From: Chlorobiaceae bacterium
GTDB taxonomy: Bacteria > Bacteroidota > Chlorobiia > Chlorobiales > Chlorobiaceae
Assembly: GCA_013334565.1 (NCBI GenBank)
Contig: JAAXXI010000008.1
Span: 1,338 to 65,337 of the forward strand
Length of the DNA stretch: 64,000 nucleotides
Direction: 5' to 3'
The position numbers were made by a program, and so were the translations under genes. Position 1 is the stretch's first letter. The number at the start of each line of letters is the position of its first letter. This document shows, in pieces, positions 21,694 through 33,220 of the stretch. The notes under the pieces are model-generated. The model ran no database searches. It saw nothing but the letters and a program-made list of their open reading frames with translations, and was not told the origin of the DNA.

Positions 21694-22221
21694 TCAGGGC
21701 TGTCTGAGCCTGATGAGCCATTCGGCGAAATCCCTGAACGCCCCGTGACCGCCATCCGCCTGGCAGCGATAGTGAACATGGGGTTCGACAAAGGAAGTTG
21801 CATCACGGGGACAGGCGGTCAGCCCTTCCGGTGCTATCGCTCTCATAATGCCGAGATCGTTGACATCATCGCCGATATATGCCAGTTCGAAAGTCTGAAA
21901 CCCTGTCTCCTGAAGGACCGTGGAGAGCATGGAAAATTTGTCCCTGACACCGAGATAAAGCCTTTTCATGCCGAGTTTGTCGGCACGTTTTGAAATACTT
22001 GGAGAAACCTCGCCGGTCATGATTCCGGTATCGATTCCCGCATCACGCAGACGCTCGACCCCCATGCCGTCACGGATCGAATAACGTTTCATCTCCTCGC
22101 CCCGTTCCGAATAATAAACGCCGTTATCGGTAAAAACGCCGTCATTGTCGGAAAGGACCAGCCGGACCCTGCAGGCTCTTTTCCTCAATTCTTCATTGGA
22201 TAACCCAAGCATAGACATCAT
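21694..22221 (-). CDS. KdsC-like HAD phosphatase, probable KDN-9-phosphate phosphatase
   Basis: DNDGVFTD, RDGMG, TGE...KRADK, IGDDVND, GGHGAFRD. Confidence 0.8.
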   Translation of the reverse strand: MMSMLGLSNEELRKRACRVRLVLSDNDGVFTDNGVYYSERGEEMKRYSIRDGMGVERLRDAGIDTGIMTGEVSPSISKRADKLGMKRLYLGVRDKFSMLSTVLQETGFQTFELAYIGDDVNDLGIMRAIAPEGLTACPRDATSFVEPHVHYRCQADGGHGAFRDFAEWLIRLRQP

Positions 22222-22700
22222 TCATTTTAGGACCGTAATACGGTACAACATCGATACAATCAGTTACAACCGGCAAATATATCGTTTTTCCATCATAACA
22301 CATTCCGGCAGGGTAAACTTTTTCCGAAAAAATAATTCCACATGTTATCAACATTGTATCAACAAAATGGAACCGCTATCCGTAGCCCGGTGCAGAAGCG
22401 GATCAGGAGTCCGGACAACAAACGAAATTCGACCATAAATGATTTTATTAATTATATTTAAAAGATCAACAGACCGAACGAAAGCGAACCTTGAAAAGCG
22501 TATTTCAAAGGAAATCAGCAAATCGCTCGTATACAAGCAGTTAACATATCCACACCCCGGAGACGACAAACGGGACGGCCAAACGGAAGTGAGGCGGTTA
22601 TCACGTTCATGTATCAGGAGATACGGCATACGCAGGAAGCCTGAAAATAAAACAGAGAAAATACGCATCCGTCCCACCCTGGATGCAGGGCTCCTGAATT

Positions 22701-24086
22701 CTACACCATGGTTGACGGATCGACCCATCTGTCGAACTCTTCAGCCGTAACATAACCGGACTCCAAAGCCGCTTCCCGAAGGGTCGTGTCGTTCTTGACG
22801 GCAGCCTGGACTATCCCGGCAGCCTTGTAATATCCGATATGCGGGTTCAGTGCGGTTGCGAGCATGAGAGAATTTTCAAGGTGGAAGCGAATCCTTTCAT
22901 GGTTCGGCTCGATACCCCTGACGCAATTATCTGCGAAAGAGGTGCAGGCGTCTCCGAGCAACTCGGCAGACTGCAGCATGTTGGCAATCATAACCGGTCC
23001 GAACACGTTGAGTTCCAGATGCCCCTGCATTCCTGCGATACTGATGACGGTATCGTTACCGATAACCTGGGCGCAGACCATGCTGAGCGCTTCGGCCTGA
23101 GTCGGGTTTACCTTTCCGGGCATGATCGAAGAACCCGGCTCGTTCGGCGGCAGGAGCAGCTCCCCTATCCCGCACCGGGGACCGGAAGCGAGCAGGCGGA
23201 TGTCGTTGGCGATTTTCATGAGGCTTGCCGCTGTCTGTTTCAATGCGCCGTGGCTTTCGACTATCGCGTCATGAGCGGCGAGGGATTCGAAGCGGTTCGC
23301 AGCAGGTACGAAAGGAAGCCTGGTCATCGAAGCGATGGCGGCGACGGCCTTTTCGGCATATCCCTGAGGTGCGTTGAGCCCCGTACCGACCGCCGTCCCT
23401 CCGAGCGCAAGTTCGGCGAGATGGTGCAGGGAATGGGTAATCGCGGCAAGGGCATGATCGATCTGGGAGACATATCCGGAAAACTCCTGGCCGAGCGTCA
23501 GCGGGGTGGCATCCATCAGATGGGTCCGGCCCGTTTTCACGATCTCTTTCATGGATTCCGATTGCCTTGCAAGCTCGTTGCGCAAATGCCTCAGTCCAGG
23601 AACGGTTTTCATCGTGATCGCCCGGTATGCCGCGATATTCATCGCTGTAGGGAATGTATCGTTCGACGATTGCGATCGGTTCACGTCATCGTTCGGCTTC
23701 AGCAGGCACTCGCCGTCACCGAGGCTTCCGCCGGCAAGGAGATGTGCCCGGTTGGCGATCACCTCGTTGACATTCATGTTCGTCTGTGTGCCGGAACCGG
23801 TCTGCCAGATAACCAGGGGAAAATGTTCGTCGAGCTCACCGGCGATGATCTCGTCACAGACCATGGCGATCGCGTTCATTTTCTCGCAATCGAGCACACC
23901 GAGTTCGCAGTTGGCCACCGCAGCGGCTTTCTTCAGGTAACCGAACGCTTCGATAACCGGCTTCGGCATCGATGCCGACGGACCGATCCTGAAGTTATCG
24001 AGCGAACGCTGGGTCTGTGCCCCCCAGAAGCGGTCCCAGGGAACGCGCACGTCACCGAGGGTATCCTTTTCGGTACGGTAATTCAT
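22701..24086 (-). CDS. fumC: Fumarate hydratase class II
   Basis: [42 protein letters not shown] signature. Confidence 0.95.
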   Translation of the reverse strand: MNYRTEKDTLGDVRVPWDRFWGAQTQRSLDNFRIGPSASMPKPVIEAFGYLKKAAAVANCELGVLDCEKMNAIAMVCDEIIAGELDEHFPLVIWQTGSGTQTNMNVNEVIANRAHLLAGGSLGDGECLLKPNDDVNRSQSSNDTFPTAMNIAAYRAITMKTVPGLRHLRNELARQSESMKEIVKTGRTHLMDATPLTLGQEFSGYVSQIDHALAAITHSLHHLAELALGGTAVGTGLNAPQGYAEKAVAAIASMTRLPFVPAANRFESLAAHDAIVESHGALKQTAASLMKIANDIRLLASGPRCGIGELLLPPNEPGSSIMPGKVNPTQAEALSMVCAQVIGNDTVISIAGMQGHLELNVFGPVMIANMLQSAELLGDACTSFADNCVRGIEPNHERIRFHLENSLMLATALNPHIGYYKAAGIVQAAVKNDTTLREAALESGYVTAEEFDRWVDPSTMV

Positions 24087-24182
24087 GGCCCGACAGATTT
24101 ATGTTTTTTCCGGAATATCCCTGCTCGTGCAGCAGGATGAGCGTGTATCCTTAAAAATACGAACTGCCGGGGGGAAAACGCA

Positions 24183-24218
24183 AATGGCGGCCACGGTAAC
24201 GAAACCATGGCCGCCATT
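24183..24218 (-). terminator. Hairpin / probable terminator downstream of ppa
   Basis: aatggcggccacggt-aacgaa-accatggccgccatt inverted repeat. Confidence 0.6.
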
Positions 24219-24254
24219 GGTAGTCTCTTTCGAGTGAAACGCGGGAAACAGTTG

Positions 24255-24788
24255 TCAGGTGTAAACTTTCCTGTAGTTGTCTATAGCATGCCTCACGCTC
24301 TCACGGGCGATTTCCGCATCCTGGAACTCCTCGACAAGCACGGTTTTTTCCTCGAGGGCCTTGTACTCCTCGAAGAAGTGCTGCAACTCGGAATTGAAAT
24401 AGGGAGGCAGCTGGTCGATATTGTGCACGTTGCTCAAGCTGATATCATCTTCGGCTACCGCGATGATCTTGTCGTCGCCCTCGCCATGGTCGACCATGCG
24501 CATGACCCCGATGACCCTTGCCCTGACCATGCAGAGCGGAACGATATCGCACTGGGAAATGACGACGATATCGAGAGGATCGTGGTCATCGCCGAGGGTT
24601 TGCGGGATGAACCCGTAGTTTGCGGGATAGAAAGTCGAGGAAAAAAGCACGCGGTCGAGCTTGAGCATACCGGTTTTTTTGTCCAGCTCGTACTTCGTCC
24701 TGCTGCCTCTGGAAATTTCGATAATGGCGTTGACGACATGCGGTTTGCCTTCACCGATCTCTACATCGTGCCAGGGATTGAAATTCAT
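24255..24788 (-). CDS. ppa: Inorganic pyrophosphatase (family I)
   Basis: [28 protein letters not shown]. Confidence 0.95.
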   Translation of the reverse strand: MNFNPWHDVEIGEGKPHVVNAIIEISRGSRTKYELDKKTGMLKLDRVLFSSTFYPANYGFIPQTLGDDHDPLDIVVISQCDIVPLCMVRARVIGVMRMVDHGEGDDKIIAVAEDDISLSNVHNIDQLPPYFNSELQHFFEEYKALEEKTVLVEEFQDAEIARESVRHAIDNYRKVYT

Positions 24789-24878
24789 GATAGTCGTTTA
24801 CGTGTTCGTGGTTGAAAATGCAGTCCAATTATAGCATTTTTTTTTTACCGCACAAGCATACCGGGCCCCAGATTGAAA

Positions 24879-24916
24879 GCAAAAAACGCAAGATTGCACC
24901 ATCTTGCGCTTTTTGC
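24879..24916 (-). terminator. Terminator downstream of the amino acid symporter
   Basis: gcaaaaaacgcaagat-tgcacc-atcttgcgctttttgc inverted repeat. Confidence 0.65.
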
Positions 24917-24938
24917 ATCTTTTTCGCCTGCCGTCCCC

Positions 24939-26264
24939 CTACTCCTGACGTGAGAAATAATCCTTCGTTTCAGCGGCAATGACCGGGCTGAGGATGATGA
25001 GAGAAACAAGGTTGGGCAGCGCCATGAGGCCGTTGGCGATATCCGCGAACGTCCAGACCGCCTGGAGGGAAAGCACCGACCCGGCCATGACGGCGGCAAC
25101 CCATGCCCAGCGGTAGGGCATGATGAGCTTTTCTCCGAAAAGATACTCTATCGCTTTTTCGCCGTAGTAGGACCAGCCCAGGATCGTCGAAAAGACAAAC
25201 GTGAGCAGGCCGACAGTAAGGACGACATTGCCGACAACCGGGACTTCCTTGAACGCTGCACTCGTGAGTTCAGCTCCTTTCAGGCCGGTCTGCCAGAGTC
25301 CCGAGTTCACCACGACGATACCGGTGGCAAGACAGACGACCACCGTATCCCAGAAGGTTCCGGTCGAGGAGATCAGCGCCTGGCGGACAGGGTGGCTGGT
25401 CTGTGCCGCAGCGGCAACGATCGGGGCGCTTCCGAGTCCGGACTCGTTCGAGAACAGGCCGCGTGCCACACCGAACCTGATCGCTTCCTTGACCCCAGCA
25501 CCTGCAAAACCGCCAATGGCAGCCTGGCCGGTAAATGCCGAGGAAAGAATGAGGTTGACGGTCTCTCCGAGGGTCTCATGGCGCAGTACGAGCAGAATGA
25601 TGCAACCGATGACATAAAAAATCGCCATGAACGGCACCAGGTACTCGCAGACTTTTGCGATCGATGTGATCCCGCCGATAATGACAACAGCAGTGAACGA
25701 GGTGATGACGATCCCGGTTATCCACGGGGAGATATGAAAATTATGTTCGACCATCGTCGCAATCGAATTGGCCTGCACCATGTTTCCGATTCCGAATGCC
25801 GCAACAGAGGTGAAGCACGCGAACAGGACGGCCAGCCACTTCATGTTCATCGCTTTTTCGATGACGTACATCGGCCCGCCTGCAACAGCCCCGTTCTTGT
25901 CAATCGTGCGGTACTTCACCGAAAGCAGCGCTTCGGAGTATTTGGTAGCGATGCCGAAAACGCCGGTGAGCCACATCCACAGAACCGCTCCGGGCCCACC
26001 TGCCGCGACGGCCGTAGCTACGCCGACGATATTGCCGGTACCGATGGTAGCGGCAAGCGCCGTAACGAGCGCACCGAAATGGCTGATCTCCCCCTCCCCT
26101 TCCTTCGAACGTGTCAATGACAGTTTGATAGCCTTGAACGTGTATTTCTGGATGAATCCGAGCCGGAACGTGAGAAACAGGTGTGTTCCGACGAGCAACA
26201 CGAGCAAGGGGACTCCCCAGACATAGCCACTGATCAGGTCCAGTACTTTTTCCAGAGTACCCAT
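24939..26264 (-). CDS. Alanine/glycine:cation symporter (AGCS family)
   Basis: TIGTGNIVGVA, GGPGAVLWMW, GGPMY, GLFSNESGLGS. Confidence 0.93.
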   Translation of the reverse strand: MGTLEKVLDLISGYVWGVPLLVLLVGTHLFLTFRLGFIQKYTFKAIKLSLTRSKEGEGEISHFGALVTALAATIGTGNIVGVATAVAAGGPGAVLWMWLTGVFGIATKYSEALLSVKYRTIDKNGAVAGGPMYVIEKAMNMKWLAVLFACFTSVAAFGIGNMVQANSIATMVEHNFHISPWITGIVITSFTAVVIIGGITSIAKVCEYLVPFMAIFYVIGCIILLVLRHETLGETVNLILSSAFTGQAAIGGFAGAGVKEAIRFGVARGLFSNESGLGSAPIVAAAAQTSHPVRQALISSTGTFWDTVVVCLATGIVVVNSGLWQTGLKGAELTSAAFKEVPVVGNVVLTVGLLTFVFSTILGWSYYGEKAIEYLFGEKLIMPYRWAWVAAVMAGSVLSLQAVWTFADIANGLMALPNLVSLIILSPVIAAETKDYFSRQE

Positions 26265-26659
26265 GATGCCTCCGTTGAAATGGATTTAATACATGACAAA
26301 AAGCAGATGAACTCATTTGCTTTCAATAAAATAACGATTTATAACAGAATACCGTCACGTAAAAAACCGGGGAATCATGAGAAAAACAGAACGCGATAAT
26401 CCGGCATGCGCAGCGGAATTCTTTTTTCAGCGGCTTCTTTGTATCTTTGCGGGCATCACGAAACAGGCATTTCCCGGCGTTCCGGCTGGACAGCCTGTCA
26501 CCTGCGCCCCATTCAGCCGGTATAGCGCATGATCGGAAATATTTGAAAGGAAAACCGTGCGGTGCAGCAGATCACACCTGCAACCATCCGGTGTTCCGCA
26601 TTTTTTTCAAAACCGGCCTGGAAGCCTCGGAAAGCAATTGATTGATACTAATGGAACTA

Positions 26660-28258
26660 ATGGAGTTGACAAAGGAAATAGCGAGAAGGAAAACATTTGC
26701 CATCATCAGCCATCCTGATGCCGGTAAAACGACACTGACGGAAAAATTCCTGCTTTTCGGCGGCGCGATCCAGACTGCAGGCGCCGTCAAGAACAACAAG
26801 ATCCGCAAAACAGCCACGAGCGATTTCATGGAGATCGAAAAGCAGAGGGGTATCTCTGTCGCCACGTCGGTCATGGGCTTCGACTACGCAGGCAAGCGGG
26901 TCAACATCCTCGATACGCCGGGCCACAAGGACTTCGCCGAGGATACCTACCGGACGCTTACCGCCGTTGACAGCGTCATCCTCGTCGTGGACTGCGTCAA
27001 GGGCGTCGAGGAACAGACCGAAAGGCTCATGGAGGTCTGCCGCATGAGGCACACGCCGGTCATCATTTTCATCAACAAGATGGACCGGGAGGGTCGCAAC
27101 CCCTTCGAACTGCTCGACGAGCTCGAAGAGAAGCTGCAGATCAACGTCAGGCCGCTCAGCTGGCCGATCAGCCAGGGCCAGACCTTCAAGGGTGTCTACA
27201 ACCTTTACGAGAAAGCACTCAACCTTTTCGAGGCGAACACGACAAGGATCAGCGAAACCCTTATCAGTATCGACGACCCGAACGATCCGGAGCTTGAAAA
27301 ATGGGTCCCGGAAAGCTTCTGCCGCAAACTGCGCGAAGATATCGAGCTTATCGAAGGGGTCTATGAACCGTTCGACGAAACCCTCTACAGGGATGCCCTG
27401 CTGGCCCCTGTTTTTTTCGGAAGCGCGATCAACAACTTCGGTGTCCGGGAATTGCTCGAAACATTCCTCGAAATCGCTCCCAGCCCTGAGAGGCGCGATG
27501 CGGCCGAACGGACGGTCGAAGCGTCGGAAGAGGCGATGAGTGGCTTCGTTTTTAAAATCCATGCCAACCTCGACCCGAACCACCGCGATAGAACCGCTTT
27601 TTTCAGGATCTGTTCGGGAAAATTCGAACGCAACAAGTTCTATCACCATACCCGCCTGAACAAGAAAATCAGGTTTTCAAGCCCGACCCAGTTCATGGCG
27701 AACGAAAAGAGCGTCATCGACGAGGCATGGCCCGGCGACGTCATCGGCCTTTATGACAACGGCTCCCTCAAAATCGGCGATACCCTCAGCGAAGGCGAAT
27801 CGCTTCATTTCAGGGGAATCCCGAGCTTTTCGCCCGAAATCTTCAAGGCCCTTGAAAACCGCGACCCGCTCAAATCCAAACAGCTCGACAAAGGCATACG
27901 CCAGCTTACCGAAGAGGGTGTGGCACAGCTCTTCACCCAGCACGGCACCCGCAAGATCGTGGGAACGGTCGGCGAACTGCAGTTCGACGTCATCAAATTC
28001 CGGCTCGAACATGAATACGGCGCCCAGTGCGACTTCCTGCCGCTCCGTTTCCACAAGGCATTCTGGATCACCTCGGACAACGCGGAAATGGTCGAAGAGT
28101 TCCTCCGGCGCAAGTGGAACACCGTCGGAACGGACAAGGAAGGGCACCCTGTCTATTTTGCCGAAAGCGAATGGATGCTGAAAGTCGCCAGGGAAGATTA
28201 TCCCGACATCGAGTTCCACACGACGTCCGAGTTCAAGACCGCCGGCGCCGAAGAATAA
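26660..28258 (+). CDS. prfC: Peptide chain release factor 3
   Basis: [36 protein letters not shown]; alternative start 26651. Confidence 0.97.
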   Translation: MELTKEIARRKTFAIISHPDAGKTTLTEKFLLFGGAIQTAGAVKNNKIRKTATSDFMEIEKQRGISVATSVMGFDYAGKRVNILDTPGHKDFAEDTYRTLTAVDSVILVVDCVKGVEEQTERLMEVCRMRHTPVIIFINKMDREGRNPFELLDELEEKLQINVRPLSWPISQGQTFKGVYNLYEKALNLFEANTTRISETLISIDDPNDPELEKWVPESFCRKLREDIELIEGVYEPFDETLYRDALLAPVFFGSAINNFGVRELLETFLEIAPSPERRDAAERTVEASEEAMSGFVFKIHANLDPNHRDRTAFFRICSGKFERNKFYHHTRLNKKIRFSSPTQFMANEKSVIDEAWPGDVIGLYDNGSLKIGDTLSEGESLHFRGIPSFSPEIFKALENRDPLKSKQLDKGIRQLTEEGVAQLFTQHGTRKIVGTVGELQFDVIKFRLEHEYGAQCDFLPLRFHKAFWITSDNAEMVEEFLRRKWNTVGTDKEGHPVYFAESEWMLKVAREDYPDIEFHTTSEFKTAGAEE

Positions 28259-28338
28259 GGTTGACAGTTTCCGGTACCGGAGAACTTTGCTACATTCCAC
28301 GGTATCTTTGAACTCTCCGATTAAAACATCTGAAAACT

Positions 28339-30252
28339 TTGCAGACCGGAAACCTCGAACTTGTCCTCAACACCCTCGAAAAACTTCAGGGTGAAACTGA
28401 AAACCAGACCTACTTCGTTCCGAAACTCTGGACAGGGAACGAAACGGGCAGCGAGCGGGTTGAACCCGCCCCATATTTCGCCGGGATCATCAGGTCCATC
28501 ATTCAGGAACCTCGGCGGACCGGCAATCCCGGCGACGTTCCCGACTGGAAAAACCGGGCGGTCGTCTACAACCTCTTCGTCCGACTCGCCTGTGCGTTCG
28601 ACCATGACGGAAACGGCACGATAGGCACGGAACCTCTCGAAAACGGCTTCAGGGAAACGGGAACGCTCCTCAAGGCAATCGCTCTGCTGCCATACCTGAA
28701 AAATATCGGCGCAAACACGATCTACCTCCTGCCCCTCACCGAAATCGGGCTGGAGAGCAGAAAAGGTACGCTCGGCTCACCCTATGCCGTGAAAAACCCG
28801 CTGAAACTCGATACCATGCTTGCCGAACCCGCACTGGGACTGTCAGCCGAGACGCTTTTCAGGGCTTTTGTCGAGGCAGCACACCTGTACGGAATGCATG
28901 TCGTGCTCGAGTTCGTCTTCAGGACAGCCTCGGTGGACAGCGACTGGATCGCGCAGCATCCCGGATGGTTCTACTGGCTCCGGGAGGACAGCCTGGCGGA
29001 AAGCTACGGACCTCCGCATTTCGAACAGGAGACGCTCGCAAAAATTTACGAACTGGTTGACCGGCACGACATGCAGGACCTGCCCGCCCCTGCTCCCGAA
29101 TACCGCAGCCGGTTCGCCCCGCAGCCCGTGGAGGTCATTGAAAAAGACGGCTCGTTCCAGGGCAGGTCGCCAGACGGCTCGGCCAGCACGATCGCGACCG
29201 CATTCTCGGACTGGCCGCCGGACGACCGCCAGCCGGCGTGGACCGATGTGACCTACCTGAAAATGCACAGGGCCGATGCCTTCAACTACATCGCCTACAA
29301 CACCATCAGGATGTACGATGCCGCCCTCGAAGAACCACAGGCCTTCAATACGGAGCTCTGGGACGCCATCACGGAGATCATTCCCTTCTACCAGCAAGAG
29401 TACCGGATCGACGGCGCCATGATCGACATGGGACACGCACTCCCATCCCTTCTGAAAAAGAAGGTTGTCGGAAGGGCGAGGGAAAACCGCCCCGATTTCG
29501 CCTTCTGGGACGAAAATTTCGATCCCACGCCGTCTATACGCGACGAAGGCGTCGATGCCGTATTCGGCTCGCTTCCTTTCGTGATCAACGATATCATCTA
29601 CATCAGGGGTCTCCTCAACTACCTCAACAAAACCGGTGTGGCGCTCCCCTTCTTCGGAACCGGTGAAAACCACAACACCCCGAGGCTCTGTTTCCGCTAC
29701 CCCTCCGAAGAGGCGGGCAGGAACTTCTCCCTGTTCATTTTCACCCTTGCGGCTGTGCTTCCGGCCATCCCGTTCATCCATTCCGGCATGGAGCTCTGCG
29801 AGTGGCACCCGGTGAACCTCGGGCTCAATTTCACCGAGGATGACCGCAGGAACTATACCCCGGACAACCTGCCCCTGTTCAGCGCCGCTTCCTATGACTG
29901 GAAAAATTCGAACACCCTCGAGCCATTGAACGTTTATATCCGCAGGGTGCTCGAAATCCGCGAACGGTTCCTCGATATCGTCCTCTGCGGCCTGAAAGGG
30001 TCCATAAGCGTCCCCTACGTCAGCCATCCCGAACTGTTCGCCGTCATGCGGACACTCGAAGGGCGCTCGCTCCTTTTCGTCGGCAACAGCAATCCACGCG
30101 AAGAGAGGTCCGGCACGATGGAGTTCGGCATCAAGGAAGGGAAAATGTTCGACCTGATCGGGGACAAAGCCTATACGGTAAGCGCCCACAAACTTGAAAT
30201 CTGCTGCAGGCCTGGGCAATGCATGCTCTTCGAACTGCCTGTGGAAGAATGA
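28339..30252 (+). CDS. GH13 alpha-amylase family protein, maltosyltransferase-like
   Basis: [22 protein letters not shown] nucleophile region, WDENFD, ENHNTPR; layout resembles Thermotoga maltosyltransferase as recalled. Confidence 0.8.
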   Translation: MQTGNLELVLNTLEKLQGETENQTYFVPKLWTGNETGSERVEPAPYFAGIIRSIIQEPRRTGNPGDVPDWKNRAVVYNLFVRLACAFDHDGNGTIGTEPLENGFRETGTLLKAIALLPYLKNIGANTIYLLPLTEIGLESRKGTLGSPYAVKNPLKLDTMLAEPALGLSAETLFRAFVEAAHLYGMHVVLEFVFRTASVDSDWIAQHPGWFYWLREDSLAESYGPPHFEQETLAKIYELVDRHDMQDLPAPAPEYRSRFAPQPVEVIEKDGSFQGRSPDGSASTIATAFSDWPPDDRQPAWTDVTYLKMHRADAFNYIAYNTIRMYDAALEEPQAFNTELWDAITEIIPFYQQEYRIDGAMIDMGHALPSLLKKKVVGRARENRPDFAFWDENFDPTPSIRDEGVDAVFGSLPFVINDIIYIRGLLNYLNKTGVALPFFGTGENHNTPRLCFRYPSEEAGRNFSLFIFTLAAVLPAIPFIHSGMELCEWHPVNLGLNFTEDDRRNYTPDNLPLFSAASYDWKNSNTLEPLNVYIRRVLEIRERFLDIVLCGLKGSISVPYVSHPELFAVMRTLEGRSLLFVGNSNPREERSGTMEFGIKEGKMFDLIGDKAYTVSAHKLEICCRPGQCMLFELPVEE

Positions 30253-30357
30253 GGGTACAACTGGGGGAAGTAAAGATTATCGCTGCCGGAAGATTAAAAA
30301 ATTCGGCATTTTCATATCTTCCAAGAGTTTTCCGTCAACATAACCGTACCCAGCATC

Positions 30358-31269
30358 ATGTCCATTCTCATTGTCGGCTCCCTTGCATTTGACGATATCG
30401 AAACGCCGTTCGGTCGTTCCGACAACACCCTCGGCGGTTCGTCCACCTACATCGCCCTTTCGGCAAGTTATTTCACCGACGATGTGAGGTTGGTCGGTGT
30501 CGTCGGTTCCGACTTCGAGGACAGGCATTTCAGGCTGCTCCAGTCGAAAAGCATCGACACGAAGGGGATACAGAAAGTCGACGACGGAAAGACCTTCCGC
30601 TGGGCCGGGCGTTACCATTACGACATGAACTCCCGGGACACGCTCGATACCCAGCTCAACGTTTTCGCCGATTTCGATCCGAATGTGCCGCACCAGTACC
30701 GTGACGCAAAATTCGTATGCCTCGGCAATATCGATCCCGAACTGCAGCTCAGGGTTCTCGACCAGATCAGCAACCCGTCGCTCGTCATCTGCGATACCAT
30801 GAATTTCTGGATCGAGGGCAAGCCGAACGAACTTCGCAAGACACTCGAACGGGTCGATGTCTTCATCATCAACGACAGCGAGGCAAGGATTCTGAGCGGC
30901 GACCCGAACCTGGTCAAATCGGCAAGGATCATCCGTGCCATGGGCCCGAAAACGCTCATCATCAAAAAAGGCGAGCACGGCGCCCTGCTCTTCACCGACA
31001 ACGGCATATTCGTCGCTCCCGCTTTCCCTCTCGAATCCATTTATGATCCGACAGGCGCGGGCGATACCTTTGCAGGCGGTTTCATCGGTCACCTTTCCCG
31101 CTGCGGGGAGATCAACGACATCGAGCTTCGCAGGGCTGTGCTTTACGGCAGCGCCATGGCAAGCTTCTGCGTCGAGAAATTCGGCACGGAAAAACTTGTT
31201 TCCCTCGACCTTCTCGAAATCGAGGACCGTTTCGAAAGCTTCCGCGAACTTTCAAGGGTCGATTACTGA
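30358..31269 (+). CDS. PfkB-family sugar kinase
   Basis: GSLAFD, GGSSTY, DPTGAGDTFAGG signature. Confidence 0.9.
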   Translation: MSILIVGSLAFDDIETPFGRSDNTLGGSSTYIALSASYFTDDVRLVGVVGSDFEDRHFRLLQSKSIDTKGIQKVDDGKTFRWAGRYHYDMNSRDTLDTQLNVFADFDPNVPHQYRDAKFVCLGNIDPELQLRVLDQISNPSLVICDTMNFWIEGKPNELRKTLERVDVFIINDSEARILSGDPNLVKSARIIRAMGPKTLIIKKGEHGALLFTDNGIFVAPAFPLESIYDPTGAGDTFAGGFIGHLSRCGEINDIELRRAVLYGSAMASFCVEKFGTEKLVSLDLLEIEDRFESFRELSRVDY

Positions 31270-31446
31270 CCGCTCCGTCAACGATTCCTTACCGATCTTC
31301 CGGCAGAAAGCATCATCATTTTCCGCCGGAAGCTTTCCGGCCGTGGCCGATAAATCCCTTTGCCGGACTCCCGCAAGTTTGACGCGACTGAAAATATTTG
31401 TGACAGATAAACCGGAACCCGCAGACCAAAACCCAGGAAATCGGAC

Positions 31447-33210
31447 ATGGAGCACCTCAACCTTCTCGATTACAGTTTCATCCTCGGATATCTCCTCCTG
31501 ACCCTCGTCATCGGGCTCCGGTTCTCCAGCCGGGCTTCGGAAAACACCGACGAGTTCTTCCTGTCGGGACGCCAGCTTCCCTGGTGGATCGCCGGGACAG
31601 GCATGGTTGCAACCACCTTTGCAGCAGACACTCCGCTTGCCGTCGCCGGGTTCGTGGCCAAAAACGGCATCGCGGGCAACTGGGTCTGGTGGACATTCGT
31701 TTCCGGCGGCATGCTAACGGTCTTCTTCTTCGCGAGGCTCTGGAGGCGTGCAGAAATCCTGACCGACCTCGAATTCATCGAACTGCGATACAGCGGCAGG
31801 GCAGCCCGTTTCCTCAGGGGCTTCAAGGCCGTCTATTTCGGGCTGTTCATCAACGCCGTCATCATAGGCTGGGTCAACCTCGCCATGTTCAAGATCATCA
31901 AGATCATGGTCCCCGAACTGAACCCGCAGTGGACCATCGTAGCCCTGGTTTGCCTAACCACCTTCTATTCAGGCCTTTCCGGGCTCTGGGGCGTTTCGAT
32001 CACCGATGCCGTCCAGTTCGTCATCGCCATGGTCGGCTGCATCATCCTTGCGGTTCTCGCGGTACATTCACCCGTCGTCGTGGCCGCAGGAGGACTGACG
32101 AAGGCTCTGCCTCCCTGGCTTTTCGACTTTTTCCCCACCTTCACGTCGGCAACGAAGGAACAGAGCATCAATGGCACGGTCGCGCTTCCTTTCATGTCGT
32201 TCGCCGCCATGGCTTTCGTGCAGTGGTGGGCGTCCTGGTATCCGGGTGCGGAACCAGGCGGAGGCGGATACATCGCCCAGCGCATGATGAGCGCGAAAAA
32301 CGAGAAACACTCGCTGCTCGCGACCCTCTGGTTCACCATCGCCCACTACTGCCTCAGGCCATGGCCATGGATCGTCGTCGGCCTTGCAAGCCTCGTCATG
32401 TTCCCGGACCTGCCCATGAACCAGAAAGAGGACGGTTTCGTGCACGTCATGCAGGCAATCCTGCCCCCGGGACTGAAAGGGCTGCTGATCGCCGCGTTCC
32501 TTGCAGCCTATATGTCCACGCTTTCAACGCACCTCAACTGGGGCACCAGTTACCTCATCAACGATTTTTACAAGCGTTTCCTCAAAACCGACGCGGATGA
32601 AAAACACTACGTCAGGGTTTCGAAATTCACAACCCTGCTGACTGCTGTATTTGCTCTCTATATCACGTTCTTCGTGCTTCAGACCATAACCGGAGCCTGG
32701 GAGTTCATCATCCAGTGCGGAGCGGGCACCGGCTTCGTCCTGATCCTCCGCTGGTTCTGGTGGAGACTGAACGCCTGGTCGGAAATAACATCCATGGTCG
32801 CACCGTTTGCCGTATACACCTGGATGCAGCTCTTCACATCCATCACCTACCCGATGTCGATCTTCATCATCGTCGCCTTCACCATAGCCGTCACGCTTGC
32901 GGTTACCTGGCTGACACCGCCGACGGACACAACCCAACTGGAAAAATTCTACCGTACCACGAGGGTTGGAGGAAGGCTCTGGAAGAAGGTTTCTTCAAAC
33001 CTCCCCGATGTCGAGTCCGATACAGGCTTCGGTATGCTTTTCGTGGACTGGGCCCTCGGCGTCATCATGATCTACACGGTCCTTTTCGGAATCGGCAAGC
33101 TCATTTTCGGCGACCTTTTCCTTGGCGCGGTGTTCCTTGCAGCCGGGATGCTGGCGGGTACGCTCATTTTCCTGGATTTCAACCGAAGGGGCTGGAACAA
33201 CCTGAACTGA
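31447..33210 (+). CDS. Sodium:solute symporter (SSS family)
   Basis: FFLSGRQLPWW, ATTFAADT, YIAQRMMSAK, AAYMST; many TM helices. Confidence 0.9.
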   Translation: MEHLNLLDYSFILGYLLLTLVIGLRFSSRASENTDEFFLSGRQLPWWIAGTGMVATTFAADTPLAVAGFVAKNGIAGNWVWWTFVSGGMLTVFFFARLWRRAEILTDLEFIELRYSGRAARFLRGFKAVYFGLFINAVIIGWVNLAMFKIIKIMVPELNPQWTIVALVCLTTFYSGLSGLWGVSITDAVQFVIAMVGCIILAVLAVHSPVVVAAGGLTKALPPWLFDFFPTFTSATKEQSINGTVALPFMSFAAMAFVQWWASWYPGAEPGGGGYIAQRMMSAKNEKHSLLATLWFTIAHYCLRPWPWIVVGLASLVMFPDLPMNQKEDGFVHVMQAILPPGLKGLLIAAFLAAYMSTLSTHLNWGTSYLINDFYKRFLKTDADEKHYVRVSKFTTLLTAVFALYITFFVLQTITGAWEFIIQCGAGTGFVLILRWFWWRLNAWSEITSMVAPFAVYTWMQLFTSITYPMSIFIIVAFTIAVTLAVTWLTPPTDTTQLEKFYRTTRVGGRLWKKVSSNLPDVESDTGFGMLFVDWALGVIMIYTVLFGIGKLIFGDLFLGAVFLAAGMLAGTLIFLDFNRRGWNNLN

Positions 33211-33220
33211 TAATCGAACC

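Noticed and set aside
26265-26640. Possible glycine riboswitch upstream of the alanine/glycine symporter
   Set aside because: The conserved GGAGA / CCGAAG / CTCAGG elements could not be found on the minus strand.
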